A stretch of 56,055 nt of DNA. It comes from Opitutales bacterium. Lineage in GTDB: Bacteria; Verrucomicrobiota; Verrucomicrobiia; Opitutales; JABSRG01. A program made the translations under genes and the position numbers. Below, one piece after another: positions 39,312-46,995 of this stretch. Every line of letters begins with the position of its first letter. Position 1 is the first letter of the stretch. The notes beneath the pieces were generated by a model. The model worked only from the letters and a program-made list of their open reading frames with translations. It ran no database searches and had not been told where the DNA came from. The stretch spans positions 1 to 56,055 of the forward strand of contig JBMYOQ010000019.1 in NCBI GenBank assembly GCA_049599475.1, given 5' to 3'.

Positions 39312-39848
39312 TTAACTCTTAGCTGCTGAAAAGAAGGGGTGCGCTCCAAATTGATCTTCGGTGACGATTTTTCCTGTCTCCAAATGATACTTGAAGCCCT
39401 GCATAATAGGCTGCCAATACTTGACCCACATTGGCTTCATTTTTAGCCAGAAAAATAAATACGCCTTTATACCCGAGCGACCTTTCATGCGATGTGGATA
39501 TATTGTCGTCTCGAGCTCGCATGAATTCTCATTGATGGGCTTGATGCGCCACTCGATCTCAATGGTTGTTTTCCCTCCGGAACCGTCTTCGATCAGAGGT
39601 TTTGCTTCAATATCGAAGCCGACACCGTCTTGCCACGCTGTGATTGTGCGACGAAGTTTACGGCCACTATGGTAGACTATAACATCGGTGGAACCTACGC
39701 CAGACCACTCATCACAGGTGTTGTCCGCAAGAAAAGGATGTATCTTTTTTAGGTAACACGGTGAGGAGATTAGGTTCCATACGGATTCCGCCCCAACGTT
39801 AATCACGATGGAATTCGGAATTTTCCACTTAGGATCGCAAGAGGACAT
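39312..39848 (-). CDS. SRPBCC (START/Bet v1/polyketide cyclase-like) family protein
   Basis: SIVINVGAESVWNLIS, GVGS, RTITAWQDG, EWRIKPI, MQGFKYHLETG. Confidence 0.78.
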   Translation of the reverse strand: MSSCDPKWKIPNSIVINVGAESVWNLISSPCYLKKIHPFLADNTCDEWSGVGSTDVIVYHSGRKLRRTITAWQDGVGFDIEAKPLIEDGSGGKTTIEIEWRIKPINENSCELETTIYPHRMKGRSGIKAYLFFWLKMKPMWVKYWQPIMQGFKYHLETGKIVTEDQFGAHPFFSAAKS

Positions 39849-40099
39849 AGTAATGAGAGAGAAAGAAAAATTAAAGCAAACGAGGGATTAAAAAAGTTGT
39901 TAGCAGATTCCAATCCACAAATTTCGTTAACTTGGCGAGTAGAATATTTTATTGGAGCAAAATTGTCACATCTCCAGATTCTCGTGTCCCCTTCATATCA
40001 AGACTTCTAATCTAAGCGGACTTTGGGTCGTCTCGAATTTTTTGAGCATAGGGAAATTTTCGCTGAAAATCATCACTGAGGATTCTGTCTACTCTTGAT

Positions 40100-41638
40100 A
40101 TGCTAGCGATAACACATTCAGCCACGATTATCGGGATCGATGCCCATCCGGTTCAGGTTGAGGTAAACACGGGTGAAGACGGTGAGCCACGGATAGTGGT
40201 GGTCGGCCTTCCGGATACTGCAGTAAAGGAGGCGACGGACCGTATTTCGAGCGCACTGGTAAACAGTGGTTTTCGTCGCCCCGCCTATCACACGACCGTG
40301 AATCTTGCACCGGGAGGATTGCGTAAGGAGGGGCCCAGCTTTGATTTGCCCATGGCCTTGGCTATGCTCGAGGCGATGGCTCTGCTGCCTAAGGGGATTT
40401 TGGAGCCTTATCTCATAGCGGGTGAGCTGAGTCTTTCCGGAAAAACACGTACCGTACGCGGGGGATTGTCCATGGCGCGTCAGGCGAAGAGTTTAGGGAA
40501 ATCGGGGCTTTTGGTTCCTGTCGAGACTGCCCGTGAGGCTGCTCTGGTGAATGATGTGAATGTCTTCGCGATTGGTTCCCTCGATCAGGCTGTGCGGTTT
40601 CTACGAGGCGATCTGAATTTGGAGCCCGTTCGTAACCAACAGGATGTAGACGAAATGGACGCGGATTCGTCCGCTGAACTCGATTTTGCAGACGTCAAGG
40701 GACAGCATACGGTGCGTCGTGCAGTGGAGGTCGCTGTGGCCGGATCGCACAATTTTCTAATGATTGGGCCGCCTGGGTCAGGCAAAAGCATGATTGCCAA
40801 GCGTATTCCATCGATCATGCCTCCCTTGCAAGAAGACGAGTTTTTGGAAATTCTACAAATCCATTCAGCTGCTGGAAAGACGATTGATCCGCGCTCTTCA
40901 GCGAGTCGCTTGAGGCCCTATCGCTCGCCGCATCATACCATTTCCGATGTCGGCTTGTTGGGGGGTGGATCCATCCCGGGACCTGGAGAGATTTCGATGG
41001 CGCATAATGGAGTGCTTTTCTTGGACGAATTGCCCGAATTTCGCCGGAGTGTTTTGGAGGTCCTACGGCAACCGATGGAGGATGGCGAAGTCACCATCTC
41101 ACGCAGTGCCGCTAAAATCACATTGCCTTGTGACTTTATGCTCATCGCGGCCATGAACCCGACTCCATCTGGATTTGCACCAGGACATGAGCAATCCCGG
41201 GACACACCTGCTCAGATTGAGCGCTATCGTTCCAAAATCAGCGGCCCTCTTCTGGATCGCATTGATATCCAAGTGGAAGCTCCTGCCTTGAGCTTGGACG
41301 AGCTGCAATCGAAGCGAGCTGGCGAAAGCTCTGCGGTGATGCGAGGACGGATCCAGAAAGCGCGCGCCGTCCAGGCAGGTCGTTTTTCCGAAACAACAGG
41401 TATTCGATGTAACGCTGCAATGGGCCATCGGCAGCTCGAGACTCATTGTGCACTCAGCGCTGAAAATCAACGGATTCTCAAGCAGGCAATGGAGCAGCTA
41501 AAGCTATCAGCTCGCGCCTATGACCGCATTCGAAAAGTCGCGCGGACCATCGCGGATCTAGAGGGCTTTGAAAATATCGAATCTCCCCACCTCTTGGAAG
41601 CTATTCAATACCGGTCCTTGGACAGAGATCTGTTGTAA
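40100..41638 (+). CDS. comM: ComM/YifB Mg-chelatase-like AAA+ ATPase (intact)
   Basis: [87 protein letters not shown]. Confidence 0.93.
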   Translation: MLAITHSATIIGIDAHPVQVEVNTGEDGEPRIVVVGLPDTAVKEATDRISSALVNSGFRRPAYHTTVNLAPGGLRKEGPSFDLPMALAMLEAMALLPKGILEPYLIAGELSLSGKTRTVRGGLSMARQAKSLGKSGLLVPVETAREAALVNDVNVFAIGSLDQAVRFLRGDLNLEPVRNQQDVDEMDADSSAELDFADVKGQHTVRRAVEVAVAGSHNFLMIGPPGSGKSMIAKRIPSIMPPLQEDEFLEILQIHSAAGKTIDPRSSASRLRPYRSPHHTISDVGLLGGGSIPGPGEISMAHNGVLFLDELPEFRRSVLEVLRQPMEDGEVTISRSAAKITLPCDFMLIAAMNPTPSGFAPGHEQSRDTPAQIERYRSKISGPLLDRIDIQVEAPALSLDELQSKRAGESSAVMRGRIQKARAVQAGRFSETTGIRCNAAMGHRQLETHCALSAENQRILKQAMEQLKLSARAYDRIRKVARTIADLEGFENIESPHLLEAIQYRSLDRDLL

Positions 41639-41671
41639 GTCTGATTCTTAAAAATAGGCAGGATTATATAC

Positions 41672-43117
41672 TTACTTCACCCCGGCCATTGCCTCGAGCT
41701 CTACCTTTGCGCCACCTGGAAGGTCTACAATCGGTAGGACGGTGAGTGCTGGGCGGTGAGTGGTCTCGGCTGCCTTAAAGAAATCTTCCAGCGCTTTTTT
41801 GACTGCGTCGGTATCGCGTTTGGTATTCGTCGCTTCGAGATAAACGCGAAGGTGGACGAGGTCGTCGAGAGTCGCTTCTGCCTCAGCAAGGCGTTCGGTA
41901 AGCTTCTCGAAACAAGCTTTTGTCTCCTCGGCTAGACTGAGTTCCTCTCCGGGTGCGATGACTCCAGACATCCACACTGTGCTGGCCTCGGCTGATACGG
42001 CGACCGCAGGGCTGGAAATCGCGTCGGACGTCCCAATAGCAGCGATGTGCGCATCCTCTTTGAAAAGTGATTCAGGCTCGGGGACGATCCCATACATTTC
42101 GAGGCTCATCAGAGGCCCAAGCTCGGCGTAACCAGGAGCCGACATGACGGTCCGCGTGGGTTTGTTTGTATTGCTGCTGTTGTTAAAATGTTTGCTGTAT
42201 TCGCGTCCGAACAGGCCGAAATTGCGGCCGATGGCTTGGCCCTTTTCAGGATACATGATGGTACGCATGAAGAATACATCACGGTAGCTGAGGTCGCCTG
42301 CTTTGAGGGATGCTGCTGTCTTGGAAAGGATCGATTTAGCCTGATCGGGCACCTTGCCATACATCATCGGGTTTACCGGCATGCCGGGAGGCATCTTGAA
42401 TTTGGTATCTCCCATGACTGCGGATCCAAAGAAGAGTGATTGGCCCGAGTCGACGGCTTTACCTGTGCTCATTGGGAAGTGCGAACGTCCGTATGATTTC
42501 CAAATAGGATGGGTTTCCTCAGCAGCACGCCCCGAGCGCTCGTAGTCGAGCCAGTGGCGACTGCCCTCTAAAAATGGGCCGCGACCATCTGGGAATACGG
42601 CCACGAATTCCACTTCGATTTTATATTGGGAAATGAACAAACGGCTGATGCCGACGGTTGTCCTTGCCGGTTTGTGAGGATTGTCCGGTGTTCCGAAAAA
42701 CTCGGTAAAAGCGCGATTCCAGCCATCGAAGTCGGGTGGAGACTCAGCATCGCCCACGACATATGCGCGTACATTCACGACGTCTCTTAGCGTCAGACCG
42801 ACTTCGTCGAGGTCGGAGGTGAGGGTAGTCATCACCTTGTGAGCCTGGGTGTAGGTGTCGCCATAGCGATCGTCATCATCCAAGGACTCGCGAGCGATCA
42901 CTTTGGAACGCGGACTCGCGGTAATACCCCACGTGAAGAATTTTGAGGCTCCTGGCTCGACTTTGACATATTTTGCGTAAGGTGCGCCGTCGAGGTCGAT
43001 CGACTCAATTTTGTCATTATAATTTGTGACCTGTGTGCCGAGAATAATTCTCAGGACGATCGCTGCCGCCAGGAGGACCAGCACGATCCAGAGGCGATGC
43101 ATGGGAAGTATTTTCAT
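41672..43117 (-). CDS. Membrane-anchored/exported protein composed of three tandem Rid domains
   Basis: N-terminal hydrophobic helix; repeats YGDTYTQ...GLTLRDVVNVRAYV...KPARTTV...IEVEFVA, YGKVPDQ...DLSYRDVFFMRTIM...KPTRTVM...LEMYG, and ATLDDLVHLRVYL...RPALTVL...VELEAMA. Confidence 0.82.
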   Translation of the reverse strand: MKILPMHRLWIVLVLLAAAIVLRIILGTQVTNYNDKIESIDLDGAPYAKYVKVEPGASKFFTWGITASPRSKVIARESLDDDDRYGDTYTQAHKVMTTLTSDLDEVGLTLRDVVNVRAYVVGDAESPPDFDGWNRAFTEFFGTPDNPHKPARTTVGISRLFISQYKIEVEFVAVFPDGRGPFLEGSRHWLDYERSGRAAEETHPIWKSYGRSHFPMSTGKAVDSGQSLFFGSAVMGDTKFKMPPGMPVNPMMYGKVPDQAKSILSKTAASLKAGDLSYRDVFFMRTIMYPEKGQAIGRNFGLFGREYSKHFNNSSNTNKPTRTVMSAPGYAELGPLMSLEMYGIVPEPESLFKEDAHIAAIGTSDAISSPAVAVSAEASTVWMSGVIAPGEELSLAEETKACFEKLTERLAEAEATLDDLVHLRVYLEATNTKRDTDAVKKALEDFFKAAETTHRPALTVLPIVDLPGGAKVELEAMAGVK

Positions 43118-43140
43118 TCTACGCTAAGTTGAAGTTGAGA

Positions 43141-44508
43141 CTAGCGTGATTGAAATTCTGGATACGCTTCTTGGCCGTGCTCTGCGATGTCGAGGCCCTC
43201 GATTTCTTCTTCCTCTGATACGCGGACTCCCATGACGATTTTGATGATGTAGAATAGGATGAAGGCTAAGACGAAGGCGAATATCGCGTAGCTCAAGCAG
43301 CCAACGAGTTGCCAAAGGAATTCGCTCGGCCCGAAAATGCCGACTGCGAGAGTGCCCCATGACCCACAGATACCGTGGACAGAAACTGCGCCCACAGGAT
43401 CATCTATACGGAGGCGGTCGAAGAATAGGATGGATAGGACTACGATGATTCCGGAAATGAAGCCGACGACGAGAGACATGGACGGCTCGATGCTGTCGGC
43501 CCCAGCGGTGATACCTACGAGTCCCGCTAAGACACCGTTCAGGGCCATAGAGAGGTCTGGCTTTTTCATTACGATCACAGTGGTGATCATACAGCCGATT
43601 GCGCCTGCTGCTGCAGACAAGGCGGTGGTCACAAACACACGGCCTACGAGCTCGGGGTCTGCACTGAGGACGGAGCCACCATTGAACCCGAACCAACCGA
43701 ACCAGAGAAGGAATACTCCGACGGCGGCCAGCGGCATGGAGTGGCCGAGGATAGGTTTTATGATTTTACCGTCTGCTCCGTATTTCCCGTGACGGGGTCC
43801 CAGGATTAAGATGGCTGCCAAGGCGGCGTAGCCTCCGAATGCGTGGACGATGGATGATCCTGCGAAATCGGTGAATCCTTTTTCGGCGAGCCAGCCACCG
43901 GAGCCCCAGGTCCATGATCCAGCCATCGGATATCCGAACATCACTATGAGTGCTGCGAACACCATGAAGCTGGTGAGCTTAATACGCTCAGCGACTGCAC
44001 CAGAGATAATCGAGGCGGCCGTCGCGGCGAACATTGCTTGGAAAATGAAGTCGGTCCAATAGGCGTAATACACGCCGGATTTGGTGGTCATCACCTCGAT
44101 GTTTTTCTCGGGGTCGATTCCTAGCCAGCCGCCGGTGTGGAAGAAGCCGTTGAAATTTTCCGCGGGATACATCGCGGAATAGCCCCATACCGCGTAGGTG
44201 ATCAAGCCGATCGAGATAATGAATACGTTTTTATAAATGATGTTTACCGTATTCTTGCTCTGGGTGAGGCCCGACTCGAGAGTAGCGAAGCCGAGGTGCA
44301 TCATAAACACCATTGCGGCCGATACGAGTAGCCAGAGGTTACTGACTGTGAAAAATGACTTCTCTCCGCTTAGGCTATCCTGCCATTCCTTGTAGGTTTT
44401 CTCGCTGGGAATAATTGGATCCGATATGGCGTGAAGGCCCGAATGGGCGGCGAGCAGAACTATGGCGATTCCGAGGAATCTTAGGAGGAGAGAAGCGGGC
44501 ATCTTCAT
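43141..44508 (-). CDS. amt: Ammonium transporter (Amt family) with N-terminal signal/extension
   Basis: MHLGFATLESG, FQAMFAATA, SGAVAER, DFAGSSIVH, LWFGWFGFNGGS, NGVLAGLVGITA, IDDPVGAVSVHG (twin His), EEEIEGLDIAEHG. Confidence 0.96.
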   Translation of the reverse strand: MKMPASLLLRFLGIAIVLLAAHSGLHAISDPIIPSEKTYKEWQDSLSGEKSFFTVSNLWLLVSAAMVFMMHLGFATLESGLTQSKNTVNIIYKNVFIISIGLITYAVWGYSAMYPAENFNGFFHTGGWLGIDPEKNIEVMTTKSGVYYAYWTDFIFQAMFAATAASIISGAVAERIKLTSFMVFAALIVMFGYPMAGSWTWGSGGWLAEKGFTDFAGSSIVHAFGGYAALAAILILGPRHGKYGADGKIIKPILGHSMPLAAVGVFLLWFGWFGFNGGSVLSADPELVGRVFVTTALSAAAGAIGCMITTVIVMKKPDLSMALNGVLAGLVGITAGADSIEPSMSLVVGFISGIIVVLSILFFDRLRIDDPVGAVSVHGICGSWGTLAVGIFGPSEFLWQLVGCLSYAIFAFVLAFILFYIIKIVMGVRVSEEEEIEGLDIAEHGQEAYPEFQSR

Positions 44509-44545
44509 ATTGACTGTAATTGTGAGAGAGTGGTTTTGATAAAAT

Positions 44546-45232
44546 CTATTCAGCCTGATTGGCTAAGAGGTAGGCGACCATAACGCCTGTGACTTCAGCG
44601 GGTAGCACGCCTTCCCAGGGTGGCATGCCTTTTTCGATGATGCCTTTCCAGAGGAGTTGCTCCATCTGTGAAGGCGTGGCGGCGTAATACCATTCGTTGT
44701 CGAACAATACGGTTGGACCTTCGCCTGGCATGTCTGGGCCGCCGTGACATTGTAGGCAGTAGGCCTCATACTGGTAGAAACCTTCTTCGACTTTCTCGGC
44801 GTCTTTGGACCATGCGAGGAGTTCGGCATCGCGGGCATCGTCTTGGGCGAGCGGTGGAATCTCAACCAAAGTAAATGGGCCCGTAGAGAGCTTGGTGCCT
44901 ACCGTTGGTGCAGCTTTACCAGCGAATGAAATATTGCCAGAGTCCTCAACCTTCGCAAGGACCAGATCGACTGCAGAGTCGATGGGGATCCGAGCGATTT
45001 TCTCTTCTGGGTTGATCCATTCGACCTTTCCGGCATCGCGTTTAGCTTTGGCAACATGGCTAGCCAGGGTTTCTTCGCGTTGAAGCTTGGTGGCTGGAGG
45101 CATGCTGGCGTCGCCGTCGTCAGACTTCAGGAAGCTGACACCAAAAATGGTTAACAGGATAAGAGCGCTTCCTGACAATCCGGTTAGGGTGAGGAGTCGC
45201 TCTTTTTTAGGAGATGTTTCTTCTGAATGCAT
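44546..45232 (-). CDS. Membrane-anchored monoheme cytochrome c with ActG-like N-terminal domain
   Basis: TM helix; WINPEEKIARIPIDSAVDL; single CLQCH; GP..FDNEWYY...KGIIEKGMPPW resembles CcoP-type cytochrome domains. Confidence 0.82.
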   Translation of the reverse strand: MHSEETSPKKERLLTLTGLSGSALILLTIFGVSFLKSDDGDASMPPATKLQREETLASHVAKAKRDAGKVEWINPEEKIARIPIDSAVDLVLAKVEDSGNISFAGKAAPTVGTKLSTGPFTLVEIPPLAQDDARDAELLAWSKDAEKVEEGFYQYEAYCLQCHGGPDMPGEGPTVLFDNEWYYAATPSQMEQLLWKGIIEKGMPPWEGVLPAEVTGVMVAYLLANQAE

Positions 45233-45295
45233 AGCGTGTGGTCTAAGGGTTAGATCCCTTTATCCAACCCTTTGTCTCGCGTCGTAGTTGCGCGA

Positions 45296-46888
45296 TCAAG
45301 CATTTACCCGGTCATAAATTTTCTTCACGGTGAAACGAGCGGCTTCGAAGGCGCCTGCTTGCCAACCACCCAGGTGAGACGCCCAGCTCGCGGCTATGTA
45401 AGTCTCGCGATCTCCATTTATGAGAAGCGGGTAGAAGGTCTTGATCATGGCCTTCGGGAAGTGCGCGAGGCAGCCCTCGATATTTGGCATAGTAGCCCAG
45501 TTGAAGGCGACGGCGCTCTCGAATTCTTCTCGATACTGCGGGTGGACTTTTTCGCCATGAGACATCGCAAATTCTATACGCTCCTGTGGGCTCATGCGGC
45601 CGACTTGGTCGCTGATTGGACCAAATATGTAGTAGCCGATCATGATACCCTTTTTGCTAAAGAAGCCATTGGAGGGATACCACTGCTCACCGATTGGAAG
45701 GTTGTTCCAAGAGATGCCGCCGTAGACGCTATCGTCCTCTTCCCAGAAGCGACGTTTGAACTGAATGCCGATTTTTCCTGAATTTTGGAAAGGAACGACA
45801 TTGAGCGCGTTCTTCATCATGAAGGGTAAGTCGCTCTGGAGCTTGCGAAGAATTGTGGGCGGAATGGTGCAAATGCAGTAGTCGCCCTCCATTTCTTTGG
45901 TCTGTCCGTCTTGTTCGTAGACGATTCGTGAACCGCCGCCGGAACGATGGCGGATTTCGGTGACCTTAGCTCCGTGAATGATCTTGCTGCCCACCTTGAC
46001 CTCAAAGGCTTTGGCAATCTTGTCCATGCCTCCAACGGGGGTAAACATTTGAGACATATACTCTACCTCGTTGGCGCGGTGGAAGTAGTTCCCGTATCCG
46101 GCTTTAAGGAGGTCCTCAAGCGCATATGGGTCGGCTAATTTACCTTCGTCGAATCCGCCGCCAGGCCATGTGTCATAGCCGCGCCGCGCGTGTCCTTCGT
46201 ATTTCTTACTGCGTCGGCCGAGGCCTCCTTCGTAGCGAAGGTAGTCTTGGAGCCGTTCGACATCTTCGGCAGTCATCGGAGAGTCGAGAGCCTCCTGATC
46301 GATACACTTGGAAAGTAACTCGGCGGTGTAGCCGCGGAGGTCTGTTTTGGCCTCGCGAATGCGGACGCGTTTGCCGGAGAGCGGGCCGCGATCGTCTCCT
46401 TCAGTATAATAAAATGCGTTTTCGTTGAGATTTACGAAAGGTTGGATCTCGACTCCCAATTCACGGCAATAATCCATGGTGATATGCCATTGGGGGAAAC
46501 GAGACGGCCCGGGGTTGAAATATTGCCCTTCGTCAAATTCACAGGTCTGGGTGGCGCCTGTTGTTTCGACAATTTTATCGCCGCGACGGATCGTGAGGCA
46601 GCGCCCGCCCGCCTTTGCTGCGGGCTCTAGAATCACGCTATCGATCCCGAGCTTCTCTAGTTCATAGGCCGCGCACATACCTGCGACGCCGGCGCCGAGG
46701 ATAATTACCTTGGCAGATTTTTCAGTGGGCACGCTATCCAGCTTTTCAAGAGCCACACCTTGACCAGAAGCGCGTGACATGAGGCCTAGGGCCGTCATAG
46801 CTGAAATGGCGGAACCGCCGTATTGACCGAGCCGAGCGACAAAGGCACGACGGCTCATCGGAGTAAAACCGTTGGGAAATTGGGACAT
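45296..46888 (-). CDS. Tat-exported flavin amine oxidase, L-amino acid oxidase family
   Basis: MSRRAFV twin-Arg signal; ILGAGVAGMCAAYEL, GGRC, QTCEFDEGQYFNPGPSRFPQWHITMDYCRELGV, MFTPVGGMD, RRFWEEDD.VYGG, WQAGA; resembles Rhodococcus-type LAAO as recalled. Confidence 0.88.
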   Translation of the reverse strand: MSQFPNGFTPMSRRAFVARLGQYGGSAISAMTALGLMSRASGQGVALEKLDSVPTEKSAKVIILGAGVAGMCAAYELEKLGIDSVILEPAAKAGGRCLTIRRGDKIVETTGATQTCEFDEGQYFNPGPSRFPQWHITMDYCRELGVEIQPFVNLNENAFYYTEGDDRGPLSGKRVRIREAKTDLRGYTAELLSKCIDQEALDSPMTAEDVERLQDYLRYEGGLGRRSKKYEGHARRGYDTWPGGGFDEGKLADPYALEDLLKAGYGNYFHRANEVEYMSQMFTPVGGMDKIAKAFEVKVGSKIIHGAKVTEIRHRSGGGSRIVYEQDGQTKEMEGDYCICTIPPTILRKLQSDLPFMMKNALNVVPFQNSGKIGIQFKRRFWEEDDSVYGGISWNNLPIGEQWYPSNGFFSKKGIMIGYYIFGPISDQVGRMSPQERIEFAMSHGEKVHPQYREEFESAVAFNWATMPNIEGCLAHFPKAMIKTFYPLLINGDRETYIAASWASHLGGWQAGAFEAARFTVKKIYDRVNA

Positions 46889-46927
46889 CTTATTCGTGCA
46901 GGTTGGTGTGTGGACGGTGTCGGTTAC

Positions 46928-46944
46928 CGCAGGTAAGATGCCAG
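46928..46944 (-). promoter_or_regulatory. Putative sigma54 (-24/-12) promoter of the LAAO operon
   Basis: Minus strand CTGGCATCTTACCTGCG has exact GG-N10-GC spacing with TGGCA and TGC, 40 bp upstream of the ATG at 46888. Confidence 0.65.
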
Positions 46945-46995
46945 AACTGGGATCTCCAGAAAATCGGTTGCTCCCCGGAGTTCCTTGAGGGGGGC

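Noticed and set aside
39902..39917. GG-N10-GC spacing (TGGATTGGAATCTGCT, minus strand) upstream of the SRPBCC operon
   Set aside because: Lacks the CA(C) after GG; too weak to call a sigma54 promoter.
40100..41638. comM as a possible mobile-element insertion site
   Set aside because: The gene is intact and no integrase, att repeat or transposase is present nearby.
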